Assembly: GCA_951406725.2 (NCBI GenBank)
Contig: OX597824.1
Location: 54,312,001 to 54,376,000 of the forward strand
DNA length: 64,000 nt
Direction of reading: 5' to 3'
Origin: Octopus vulgaris
Taxonomy: Eukaryota
The position numbers were made by a program, and so were the translations under genes. Positions 36,570-48,620 of this stretch are shown here, piece by piece. The notes under the pieces were generated by a model. It saw only the letters and a list, made by a program, of their open reading frames with translations. It was not told where the DNA came from and did not search any database. Every line of letters begins with the position of its first letter. Within the stretch, counting starts at the first letter, position 1.

Positions 36570-37363
36570 ACATCTCTTGCATATTGTCCACACTTCACAT
36601 CACCTGTGCTACCTCCAACTGTTTCCACTTTTTCTCCAACAAAACTGATATTTACTATTGACATTTCCACCCATGATCCCATTCACTGCATCTTCATCTC
36701 TATCCATGTGCTATCCTCCTCTTACACTTTTGTGAACTTATCTACTGTCTGATCTTCTTGGCACTGCTCTTATATTTACTTTCCAGTTACTTGAGGGTAT
36801 CCTCAGATACTTCTTTACTACCATCTTCTCTCTTTTCCCAACAGAGGTAACCATGTATCTCCTTCACTGCAAAATACCTGTTCTTGACCTTCTATCATAC
36901 TTTAACCTCTCATCAACATTAACTCCTCAGTTGTGAGATACTTGAATACCTTGCTTGTGCCAGTGCCCACTAAAAGTCATCCATTACACTCTGTGAAGTG
37001 AGTGGAGATATAAAGGGCATCAAGCCATAGAAACCATGTAAAAGTCATGATTAGATGATGACATAATATATGTTTGTACATTCAGAAAAGGGGTTGGCAG
37101 AGTTTCAGAATAGGTTATCCACATAAGTTGCATTTTCAGTTTTGATGGGGATTTTTCAATTTTTTCCACTATGATGAGAGGTGGTACCATTTATGATGAA
37201 AAAATTTCTGAAAATCCATGATTTTTATACTCCCCTCCCTGGGAAGTTACCCCTACCCTCACGACAGTGATCACCATTACAATCCTTTCTTCTCATTTTT
37301 TGAAATAGAAAATGGAACGTCATTTTCAACATCAACATGAAACAGGTATCTATTTTTTTTAAA
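36570..37363 (+). repeat. Donor copy of ~790-bp near-identical direct duplication
   Basis: Matches 40677-41469 with only a handful of substitutions. Confidence 0.95.
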
Positions 37364-38150
37364 GATCCAAAGGAGTTTTAAAAAACAACGAACCACCCTT
37401 TCGAGCCATGAAAAGAAGTATTTTACTCTAAATGTATCGCTCGGTAGAGGAACTGAAACCGCCATCGTACGGTTTGTGTGTCCTGATCACTAAGCCACGC
37501 GCCTCAACATTTGTACAGTACTGGTTTAATTCAAAATATTTTGGAAAACTATTGGATAACAAATGTATATAAAACAAATAAAACGTTCTCTATATTTAAC
37601 TAAAAAAAATATGGATAATTATTATTATTTCACCTCATAAAAACAATCCTTCACACTAAACTACAGAAAGTTGCTCGCAAATCAATTATCGTGGTAAATC
37701 AAACAAGCTGTCATATTCGAGATGGATATTTATAATAGAGATAAAAACAAATATTAGCTTCTACATACCTATTAAAATACATCTTATGTTGTTCATGTTT
37801 AAACGTCAGTTCCCTCTCTGCTTTTGATAGCTTATATAAAAACACGAGCATGTTATATACAACATACACATGTAGGTATGTATGTTTATATGTATGTATG
37901 TGTAAGTATGTCTGTATGTATGTGTGTGTGTGTGTGTGAAAGAGAGAGTAAAAGGAACAGAGAGGGGAGAGAGAGAGCATTTTTGAAACGAAAGAAGTCT
38001 TACAATTATAGAAATGGAAAATCCGACGGAAAGTCTGGAAAAACCCTTGCAGCGTCTCAGTTTTAGTTATTTACACACACAGGAACCACACACACACACA
38101 CACGCACGCACGCACACACACATATGTATACACATATATGGCTATACATA

Positions 38151-38197
<47 letters not shown>

Positions 38198-38250
38198 AGA
38201 GAGAGAGAGAAACGGAGAAATTCCCCGCTATCTCTATAAATAGATAGCGG

Positions 38251-39487
38251 GGAATACTTCCGTTTTGACTGGGTTTTTTTTAGATCTATTTTCTTCCCGG
38301 TGCCCTTGGAAATGCCCTGAGGTATCTTTTTAGCAAAAACAATTTGCGAAAATGATGGGGTTTTTTTACCCCCCACCTCCACCGATTTTGTGGACACTGC
38401 TCACGATGATTTCCCCTACCCTTCGGACCGATTTTGTGGGTACTACACACTTAAAAGCGATGGGAGAAACCTGTTCGTTAAAAAAAAAAACAACTCCATA
38501 TTTATGAATTTCTTGATACATGGCATTTATTTTTTTTTAAACCTTTTTCCATCACTCAATTAAATGTGTTTATGAGGATAAAAATATTAAACTACAACAA
38601 GCAAGGTAGATGGTCGAGAGATGTGCTAAAAACAACAGCTAAATCGTCGCCTTTTTTGCATCGGGAATTCATATTCAACACCGTATTTAAATGAATTTTT
38701 TATATCTCACCACGATACATGAAATCTTTTTTTTTTACTTTTCTATTACTCAAACGAAAAATAATTTTTTAAAAAACTTTTCAAAAAATAGCATATCTTT
38801 TAACTATCACCTTCCTTCTTTGTTTAATATTTTTCTCCCCATAAGCACATTTGATGTCTAACAAAAAAAATCAAGGTTTCTCCCATTTTTTTTTTTGAGT
38901 GTGTAGTGCCCACCAAATCGGTCCAAAGGAGAGGGAATCATCGTGCGTAGTGTCCACAGAATCGGAGTGGGGTAGGGTCGGTGGTAAAACATCCTTTTTC
39001 GCAATTTATTTTTTTATAAAAAAGATACTCTGGAGCATTTCCAAAGGCACCGTGACAAAAATTTCGGATCTTTTGGGTTTGAACGGCAGTTTTTAAACAT
39101 AATTTCTAGGTAACTAAAAAAATTTAAACTTCGTATACTGGTAGAATGTGTTTATAAAACATCTTTTTCTCTTGGCTTTATTGTGAAAATTCTATGGTTT
39201 GTAAGATATTTGTTTTTTCTTGAATTTCTGCAATTTCAACCAATCAATGACCGTCTATTGAGGTGAAAACATTCTGTGCCGTATGAATATGTCCCTCGTT
39301 TAAGAAACAGATTGGGCTTATTTACATTTCTGAAGAAAAAAAGATACCCTTCCCCCACCCCTAACACTAAAACAGATTGAAATGCAATAGATCGATACTA
39401 GGGTCATAATTATGGGTGACAATTTCATATGACACCGCTAGAAAAAACTGCCGTTCAAACCGAAAAGATTCAAAACGGAGAAATTCC
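38251..39487. mobile_element. Non-autonomous DNA transposon with long (~220 bp) imperfect TIRs and GG..CC termini
   Basis: 38251-38473 is the reverse complement of ~38873-39060 plus 39471-39487 (GGAATACTTCCGTTTTG / CAAAACGGAGAAATTCC). Confidence 0.7.
39066..39471. mobile_element. Second copy of the Merlin-like MITE (opposite orientation to 17599-17989)
   Basis: GGATCTTTTGGGTTTGAACGGCAG ... CTGCCGTTCAAACCGAAAAGATTC. The interior is the reverse complement of the first copy. No intact TSD. Confidence 0.85.
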
Positions 39488-39854
39488 AACTTGATGCATC
39501 GTAACTTCAACGTCTGCTTGTTTGTTTGTTTGTTTGTTTGTATGTATGTATGTACGTACCTACCTACCTACCTCTACATGTATATATACATGCATATATG
39601 GGTACAGGACACCAAAAAAACGTCGAACACAATGAGAAACGAAAACATAAACACAAAACCAAGGAAATGGACATTTTTTTAAAACAACGAAAAAATAGAG
39701 TACAGGACATACAAAACAAGGAAAATTCCCCTTCTTCAGTCGCCTTAATTTCATCTACTCTACGTTTTGAAGGTCAAGGCGATACATGTCTTTAATGACA
39801 TTTTCCTTCCCATACATATGTATATATATATATATATGTATTTGTATATATATT

Positions 39855-40468
39855 CTCTTTCACTCTTACTTGTTTCAGTCAAGCAAATCGACCCCAGGAC
39901 TTATTTTTTGTAAGCCTAATACTTATTCTATCGGTCTCTTTTGCTGAACCGCTGGGTTACGGGGATGTAAACACCAGCATCGGTTGTCAAATGATGTTGG
40001 GAGGACAAACACACATATATATACATATATACGATAAGCTTCTTTCAGTTTCCGTCTACCAAATCCACTCACAAGGCTTTGGTCGGCTCGAGGCTATAGT
40101 AGAAGACAGTTCCCCAAGGTGCCACGCAGTGGGACAACCCGGAACCATGTGGTTAGTAAGCAAGCTACTTACCACACAGCCACTCCTACGCCTATATGCT
40201 CTTTTACTCTTTTACTTGTTTCAGTCATTTGACTGCGGCCATGCTGGAGCACCGCCTTTTAGTCGAGCAAATCGATCCCGGGACTTATTCTTTGTAAGCC
40301 TAGTACTTATTCTATCGGTCTCTTTTGCCGAACCGCTAAGTGACGGGGACATAAACACACCAGCATCAGTTGTCAAGCAATGCTAGGGGGACAAACACAG
40401 ACACACATACACACACACATATATACATATATACGACAGGCTTCTTTCAGTTTCCGTCTACCAAATCC
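39855..40468 (-). mobile_element. Two tandem copies of the abundant octopus tRNA-derived SINE (39855-40193 near full; 40199-40468 5'-truncated)
   Basis: Reverse complement of the GGCGxAGGAGTGGCTGTGTGGTAAG..CCTTGGG..GACTGAAACAAGTAA family seen at 46814 and 48214. Confidence 0.85.
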
Positions 40469-40510
40469 AACACACACACACATAAATAAATATATAATTA
40501 TAAAAATATG

Positions 40511-41657
40511 ATTATAATTAAGGTCACTTGAATGACAGCGCTTATACACTAGAAATAGATATCAAATACCAACAACCCACTCTAAATTTGTTCTCTATTC
40601 ATAACCCAAGGCTGAATGCAAGGAAATGAGCAAGAAGATTTACATGCAATTTGTAAATCTTCTTGCTCATTTCCTCACATCTCTTGCATATTGTCCACAC
40701 TTCACATCACCTGTGCTACCTCCAACTGTTTCCACTTTTTCTCCAACAAAACTGATATTTACTATTGACATTTCCACCCATGATCCCATTCACTGCATCT
40801 TCATCTCTATCCATGTGCTATCCTCCTCTTACACTTTTGTGAACTTATCTACTGTCTGATCTTCTTGGCACTGCTCTTATATTTACTTTCCAGTTACTTG
40901 AGGGTATCCTCAGATACTTCTTTACTACCATCTTCTCTCTTTTCCCAACAGAGGTAACCATGTATCTCCTTCACTGCAAAATACCTGTTCTTGACCTTCT
41001 ATCATACTTTAACCTCTCATCAACATTAACTCCTCAGTTGTGAGATACTTGAATACCTTGCTTGTGCCAGTGCCCACTAAAAGTCATCCATTACACTCTG
41101 TGAAGTGAGTGGAGATATAAAGGGCATCAAGCCATAGAAACCATGTAAAAGTCATGATTAGATGATGACATAATATATGTTTGTACATTCAGAAAAGGGG
41201 TTGGCAGAGTTTCAGAATAGGTTATCCACATAAGTTGCATTTTCAGTTTTGATGGGGATTTTTCAATTTTTTCCACTATGATGAGAGGTGGTACCATTTA
41301 TAATGAAAAAATGTCTGAAAACCCATGATTTTTATACTCCCCTCCCTGGGAAGTTACCCCTACCCTCACGACAGTGATCACCATTACAATCCTTTCTCCT
41401 CATTTTTTGAAATAGAAAATGGAACGTCATTTTCAACATCAACATGAAACAGGTATCTATTTTTTTAAAACTTTTTCCATTCAACTCACAAAAAAAAAAA
41501 AGGAGTTTTAAAAAATGTATCGCAATTTACATATAATTTGTAAATCTTCTTGCTCATTTCCTCACATTCAGTAGAGAATATATTTAGAGTGGATTGTAGT
41601 ATTTGACATCTACTTCTAGCATATAGGCACTGGCATTCCAGTGCCCTTAATTATAAT
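40511..41657. mobile_element. Palindromic (foldback) MITE disrupted at its centre by a templated insertion
   Basis: 40511-40644 is an imperfect reverse complement of 41539-41657. Confidence 0.7.
40677..41469 (+). repeat. Recipient copy of the ~790-bp duplication
   Basis: Matches 36570-37363. Flanked by a 33-bp direct repeat at 40648-40680 and 41535-41567. Confidence 0.95.
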
Positions 41658-41752
41658 TATGTACTTGGAAATTAATTTTACCGATGTGGTCGTTTTTTAT
41701 TCGCTAGCCACTTATATAACCATGTTAATGATAATATCCTCAATTTATAAAT

Positions 41753-41787
<35 letters not shown>

Positions 41788-41999
41788 CACACACATATAC
41801 TAGCAGTAATTCCCGTCGTTGATTGGGTAATTACTTTTACTCTTTCTTGGGAGCTACACTCAAAGTGTTATTTATATATAGATTTATTCCTCTTGTATGT
41901 GTGTATTTTATAAGAAGAAAAATGTAATAACTGAAGTAGAAAAAAGATCACTTTTATATATGAACTTCTGTTTCTTTATTATATGACAATAATAACTAA

Positions 42000-42345
42000 A
42001 AGGGTAAAGACCCCCTTCGGTCAGGCACTGACCATGGGTTTGCACCTAGAGAGATACCCTCTGAGGCACAAGTCTGGGCAAGGTTGTTTTTTATGGAAGA
42101 CCAGCAGTCGCCCATGCATACCGGCCTCCCTCTCCACGTCACCGATGTTGTCCAAGGGAAAGGCAAGGGCCGATACAGCTTGGCACCTGTGACGTCGCAA
42201 CTCATTTCTACAGCTGAGTGAACTGGAGCAACGTGAAATAAAGTGCCTTGCTCAAGAACACAACACGCAGCCCCGTCCGGGATTCGAGCTCACAACCTCA
42301 CGATCGTAAGCTCGACGCTCTAACCACTGAGCCATGCGCCTTCAC
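42000..42345 (-). mobile_element. Full-length young tRNA-derived SINE with 15-bp TSD
   Basis: A box TGGCTCAGTGG, B box GCTCGAATCCC, CORE-like CTTGAGCAAGGCACTT. TSD GACAATAATAACTAA at 41985-41999 and 42346-42360. Confidence 0.93.
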
Positions 42346-42664
42346 GACAATAATAACTAATTATTGTTATTTTATATATCAATACAGTAATAGCAATTAT
42401 ATAATACACAAGACTTTGGTTGGCACAGAGCTATAATGAAAGAGAATTGCCCAACGTACCACACAGTGGGACTGAACCCAAGGTGAGAATGTTGAAAAGT
42501 AAGCTTCTCAACCACACAGCCACACCTATAAAGGCGAGATACATTTTGGATAATATACTCTTTGATACAATACGCTTAACAAAAGGATGAGATGTTTACA
42601 GCAAAAAGACCTTTCATTTTAATATTTACTCGAGCAACACAACAACTAACAGTGCTACACCTTA

Positions 42665-43124
42665 CAGGGTGTTCCAGAATTAACTATCTGTTTCAATGAA
42701 CTGAGCAAATTTTAAAAACTTACAGAAGTATATGATTTATAAATCTTACGTCAAACTTCTATTGAAAATTTTCAACATATCTGTATCCCTGCATACTTCA
42801 AATTTCTCCTTAGCATTGTGAAATACATTTTGAAGCATTTCAGGCATTAGCTCCTACACTGCTAACTGAATGTGTTCTTAAGCTCAGCTAAGCAATTGCT
42901 CCTTCTTGGGGATGGAGGTAAAGAAAATGATTGCTATCAAATTGAAAAAAAGCTGCCATGGACAAATAAGAGGGGTCCCACAGGAATGAAAATAAAATTA
43001 TAAACAAAATTCAAAATTTATACACTTTTAACACATATTAAACATGGTAAACATAAATAAAAGAGAGTTTTTTAAAAAATGCATTCAATTTCACTTAAAT
43101 CATCGTTAATTCTGGAACACCCTG
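42665..43124. mobile_element. Tc1/mariner-family MITE or deletion derivative
   Basis: TA|CAGGGTGTTCCAGAATTAAC ... GTTAATTCTGGAACACCCTG|TA, a perfect 20-bp TIR. Confidence 0.92.
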
Positions 43125-43208
43125 TATCTACTTGTCTGACTAAAATGTTCTCATTTCCTCTGTCAAATTGGACAAAAAGGTTTTCATGAAATATTATACA
43201 CTACTTAC

Positions 43209-43249
43209 AATGTGTAAGAAATGTCAACATTTTATCTTCGGAAAATGGC
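43209..43249 (-). other. Candidate 41-nt exon with ATG (possible alternative first coding exon)
   Basis: tttgttttag|GCCATTTTCCGAAGATAAAATG TTG ACA TTT CTT ACA CAT T|GTAAGT, in a patch with no recognisable repeat. Confidence 0.3.
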
Positions 43250-43431
43250 CTAAAACAAAGATGAAACCCAGTGCAGTGTACTCAAATATGATTAATCTGC
43301 ATTTGGGGGACCCATAGCAGTTTACGTAAGACGATGTGATATACAGCATTTCAACTTCGTAGATGGTACGTAAGTTGAGGCACCAGAATTAGTACGATAT
43401 TAGCCATACAATTTCAAAGTAAGGTGATTAA

Positions 43432-43924
43432 AATCAAAATAAGCAACAAGGATATCCAGAGGTAATGCAGTACGATCATTTCATGCTACTCCATTTAATT
43501 GAACAATGCAATCATTACATCAATTTAAAATGTAGAGCAATCTTTAGCTACACAAAAACATAGAACTTAATTAAATTAGAACTGTTGGGCATATTAGTAT
43601 AATTATACCTAAAATCTCCAAGAAGTTAAGGAGATAGACAAAGAACATACTGTTTTTACTCCAGCATAGACTTTATTAAGCTTTTCAAGAAGATATACAT
43701 TGATACAGACTTTGCCTGTCACTGATTTTTTGGGGGCTAGTTTTAATTTATAAACTAGTTTATCAAATCCCATCTGTTCCAATTTAATTAAATTATGTCT
43801 TTGTGCAGCTGAAGATTGCTCTACATTTTAAATTAATGTAATGATTGCATTGTTCAAATAAATGGAGTTGCATGAAACGATTGTACTGCATTACCTCTGG
43901 ATATCCTTGTTGTTTATTTTGATA
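43432..43924. mobile_element. Penelope-type inverted-repeat module (arms ~43432-43563 and ~43794-43924)
   Basis: The arms are reverse complements and each carries a hammerhead motif. A related copy lies at ~61560-61775. Confidence 0.7.
43803..43891 (+). ncRNA. Type-I hammerhead ribozyme motif with intact core
   Basis: GTGCAG-CTGAAGA-stem II (TGCTCTACATTT/AAATGGAGTTGCA)-GAAA-CGATTG-TA-CTGCAT. Stem I is TGCAG/CTGCA and the cleavage triplet is GUA. Confidence 0.7.
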
Positions 43925-44094
43925 TATATATATATATATATACATATACATATGAATGTACAATTTATAGGAAAGATCAAGGGGAATGATTACAAGGTAG
44001 CCAAATATTGCTTAAGTGTCCCAGGAATTAATGATCACACTTGTGTGGGAGTTAATTACAGGAAGAAGCAAGACATATTTCAGAGGACAAAGGA

Positions 44095-46700
44095 AAAATT
44101 GAAAATGGAGACAAATGCTCAAGATGTTATTAAATCATTTATAACTTCATATCATTGACATATGTTTCAATGGATGCATTCAAAATATATCCAACCGGAT
44201 GAGTAAAGTTGAGCAATGTATCAATCTTATCAGGGAGGATATAAACGACAGTGCTCATCAAATAGACATTTTAACAGATATAAGAAACCCCAATATATGT
44301 CTCTCACACACACACACACATATTTCTGTTTGAGTTAGAGGTTGTGAAACCAACTATCTAAGGGGTAGTACTTATCCAATATACTGCTGGTTGTGTACCC
44401 AATTATTCATACCCAAGTGCTAGTTATTGCGTGGCAATCTCACAATTAAGTGTTATATATAGGCGGGGGTAAAAAGTGGTTTACCCTTAATTTATATGGC
44501 AAATAAGAAAATGGAGAGGATACGAAAATGACATACATCAGCCAATAGACATTCTAATATGTCTATTTATTCCAATATATTAGAATGTATTAGAAAAATA
44601 CATACACATGTAATAACCATGTATTACATATATATGCACTAATATTGCAGAAAATAGCAAAGGATCAGAATTGTCACTAGGTACTAGATCCTTATGGCCA
44701 TTTCTGCCAAGAGGCAATGAAATCTTTCATGCCATCTCCATCTCTTCAGTGTTCTGTAGTGATGGGCAGATAAAGTTTGGCTGATAAATGTGCCTCTAGG
44801 CTTCAAATCCACCACTGTGTTTCCATGTAAACATAATGCCTAAATTCACCCTTCCTGAGAAAACTCCTCCTGAGGACAACTATATTCACCTATCCACCAT
44901 TGGACGAAATAACATGGATCTTGGAATACATCATGGAAAGTCTGTAGCTTATTTCCCCTTGCCATACCCAAATCATATTTACTAAGTTGTACTTCACCCA
45001 CATCCTCATATTTGTTCTTATTCTTGCTCATATTCTTTTCCTGCTCTTTTTTTAAAAAAGACAAACCCACTGTACCTATTGTTAACTGTTTCTCATATGT
45101 ATTAGCCCTCCCAACCACTTAGACCCTCTGAAGAAGCCTAGAGGCACTTTCATTATCCAAACTTTATCTGCCCATCACTACAGAACACTGAAGAGATGAA
45201 GATGGCTAACGGCCGTAAGGAACTAGTACCTAGTGACAATCTGACCCTTTGCTATTTTCTGTAATATTAGTACATGTGTATGTAATACATGGTTATTACA
45301 TGTGTATGTATTCTTCTAATACATTCTAATACATTGGAATAAATAGACATACCAGATGATATATGTTGTTTTTATATCCTCTCCATTTTCTTATTTGCTG
45401 TATGTATGTATGTATGTATGTATGTATGTACGTATATATATATATATGTATATATATATACATATATGTACATATGCATGTATACACATGTACACATGCA
45501 TAAACATACACATACATAAACACATGCACATGCATAAATATACATGCATATACATACAGGAAGGCCTACAAACATACACACATATACATATATGGAAAGC
45601 AAAGTTGTGAAGAGAATGATAGAAATTTGAAAATGCCGTTGAGGAAACAGTCGCTATAGGGCGAGGGAAGAAGAAAAGGTATAGAGGGAAAAAAAGAGAG
45701 TCCTCAATGGAAATTGCCATATTAAAAATGCTGTTTACCAATGTAAAATTACCTCTGGATCTAAGGAATTCTTTTAAATTGGATTATCATCTATGAAGTT
45801 GAAATGCTGTATATCACATTGTCTTTCAACTTTTCAATACAGTCATAAGCATAATTCTACAGGACTTAGTAAGCTAATTTGGCACCTTAAAGACTCTAAC
45901 AAACTCTTTTCTTTAGATTGGAAAATTTTATTCAGATCATTCCCCTATGACAAAGGGAAATCTTTTTGTCCTGTCTGTATGGATGAGCAACTATCTATCC
46001 TCTTTTCTAAACATAAACTGATAAACACCTTTAATGAATGAGTTTCCAGGTGTTTACATTGGAAAAAACACTCTTTTGCTTTTTTAAAAAATATCTACCC
46101 CTCACCTAATGATAATTTCTGCAACTTATATTTATTCTTTATCTTTATTCTTACTTCCCATAACCAATATTCTTCCCTTCATCTATCATCTATTCCCTTT
46201 TTACTCATTCCTCCCTTTCTCTTTTAACCTTGTTTTTTCATTGCCTCTTTCTTCCTCTATACCTTTTTTTCTTCCCTCACCCTATGGCGTCTGTTTCCTC
46301 AACAGTATTTTCAAATTTCTAGCATACCCTTCACAACTTCATTTTCCATATATGCAGGTATACTTACGTATGTGTGCATATGTTTATGTATGTGTATATA
46401 TGTTTATGTGTGTATGTGTACACATGTATACACGTATATGTATATATATATATGTGTGTGTGTGTATATGCATGTTTGTGTGTATGTATGCATCACATGT
46501 ATCGGAGTTTCTTATATCTGTTAAAATGTCTAGTTGATGAGCACTGTTGTTTATATCCTCCCTGATAAGATTGATGCATTGCTCAACTTTACTCATCCAG
46601 TTGGATATATTTTGAATGCATCCATTGAAACATATGTCAATGATATGAAGTTATAAATGATTTAATAACATCTTGAGCATTTGTCTCCATTTTCAATTTT
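44095..46700 (+). mobile_element. Penelope-like element (GIY-YIG remnant ~45720-46100) with inverted 5' copy, interrupted by a second inverted-repeat element (~44500-45398)
   Basis: Motifs AVYQCKI..IGLSS and STGLSKLIWHLK..LDWKIL..CPVC. Reverse-complement pairs: 44095-44300 with 46500-46700; 45480-45700 with 46230-46430; 44500-44805 with 45133-45398. Confidence 0.8.
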
Positions 46701-46749
46701 TCCTACATACTTACATACATATATATATACAAACATACATACATAAATA

Positions 46750-46795
<46 letters not shown>

Positions 46796-46813
46796 TACAT
46801 ACATACATATATA

Positions 46814-47169
46814 GGTGCAGGAGTGGCTGTGTGGTAAGTAGCTTGCTTCCCAACTACATGGTTCTGGGTTCAGTCCCACTGCATGGCATCTTGGGAAAGT
46901 GTCTTCTAGTATAGCCTCGGGTCAACCAAAGTCTTGTGAGTGGATTTGGTAGACAGAAGCTGAAAGAAGCCTGCCATATATATATATATGTATATGTTTA
47001 TGTGTCTGTGTTTATTTCCTTCACCATCACTTGACAATTGATGTTGGTGTGTTTACATCCCCTAGTAAAAGTACTAGGCTTACAAAGTCCTTGGGTCGAT
47101 TTGTTCGACTAAAGGCGGTGCTCCAGAATGGCCACAGTCAAATGACTGAAGCGAATAAAAGAATAAAGT
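46814..47169 (+). mobile_element. tRNA-derived SINE (abundant octopus family)
   Basis: A box TGGCTGTGTGG, B box GGTTCAGTCCC, CTTGGGAAAGTGTCTT, 3' end GACTGAAGCGAATAAAAGAATAAAG. Confidence 0.85.
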
Positions 47170-47639
47170 AATATATATGTACATATATATTTATATATAC
47201 ATATACACCTATATACATATATATATGCCTGCCCAGTAGTCTCCTTTAGAAAGACTTAGAAATAATAATATTTCTATTTTTGAAAACCAGTGGATGAATT
47301 CCACTGAAATTAGGTAAATTATCTTTCGAACAGACAGTCAGCAGCGACACCTGCTTGGTTTGGCTACTCTGCATTGATAAAGGGCAAATACCCTGAAATG
47401 TCTGCAGATGCCTGACCAGCAAGAGGAAGCGGCTGACCTCTCCTATTCGAAGGTTATAATGGACATAGGTTCGTGTGTCATATAGCTAACTAGAGGTGAT
47501 GGCCTCTTGGAGCTAATCAAAGGCAGCTTTCGTCCTATATTTATGGACTGCCATATTAGCTTGGCAATAACTGCTAATATCCTATCCAGTACCGCTGCCA
47601 TAGCCTCCTTAGAGAGACTTAGAAATAATAATATTTCTA

Positions 47640-47682
47640 TTTATACATATATATATTTATATATATATATATATATTTATAC

Positions 47683-47756
<74 letters not shown>
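47640..47756. repeat. Long (TA)n microsatellite
   Basis: Read directly from the sequence. Confidence 0.95.
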
Positions 47757-47761
<5 letters not shown>

Positions 47762-47974
47762 GCCTAATATTTTCATAACTGTTTTTAACATGTTCTTATT
47801 ATTATCAAAGAATGTATATATGTATTGTAATATTTTGTGACAACCAGTACCTAACACAACAAAGGTTTTACATGTTACTTTTCACAATCTTTTTCTAAAA
47901 ATGTGAAACCAGTCAAGTGAATCAACATCTTTTAAGATTACATTTTCAAACCTTCTTTCATATATATATATGAA

Positions 47975-48006
<32 letters not shown>

Positions 48007-48213
48007 AAATTGTAATTAGATGTTTATTTTATTACTAATGTATAATTTATTTAATGAATAAAGATTAAAAGATAGTTATTTAATTTCTTTGTTATTGTTA
48101 TTATTTGTTATTATTATGCTTATTATATATCTACTAAAATTAATAGTATTAAGTATATATATATTTTTTGGTAATAGTTTTAGTAACGTTAAATAAATAA
48201 TTTTCAATATATA

Positions 48214-48384
48214 GGCGCAGGAGTGGCTGTGTGGTAAGTAGCTTACTAACCAACCACATAGTTCCGGGTTCAGTCCCACTGTGTGGCATCTTGGGCAAGT
48301 GTCTTCTGCTATAGCCCCGGGCTGACCAATGCCTTGTGAGTGGATTTGGTAGACGGAAACTGAAAGAAGCCTGTCGTATATATG

Positions 48385-48415
<31 letters not shown>

Positions 48416-48620
48416 ATGTCTGTGTTTGTCCCCCTAGCATTGCTTGACAACCGATGCTGGTGTGTTTATGTCTCCGTCACCTAGCGGTTCGGCAAAAGAG
48501 ACCGATAGAATAAGTACTGGGCTTACAAAGAATAAGAATAAGTCCCGGGGTCGATTTGCTCGACTAAAGGCGGTGCTCCAGCATGGCCGCAGTCAAATGA
48601 CTGAAACAAGTAAAAGAAAT
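48214..48620 (+). mobile_element. Full-length tRNA-derived SINE (same family), inserted in the AT-rich island
   Basis: GGCGCAGGAGTGGCTGTGTGG..GGTTCAGTCCC..CTTGGGCAAGTGTCTT..GACTGAAACAAGTAAAAG. Confidence 0.9.
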
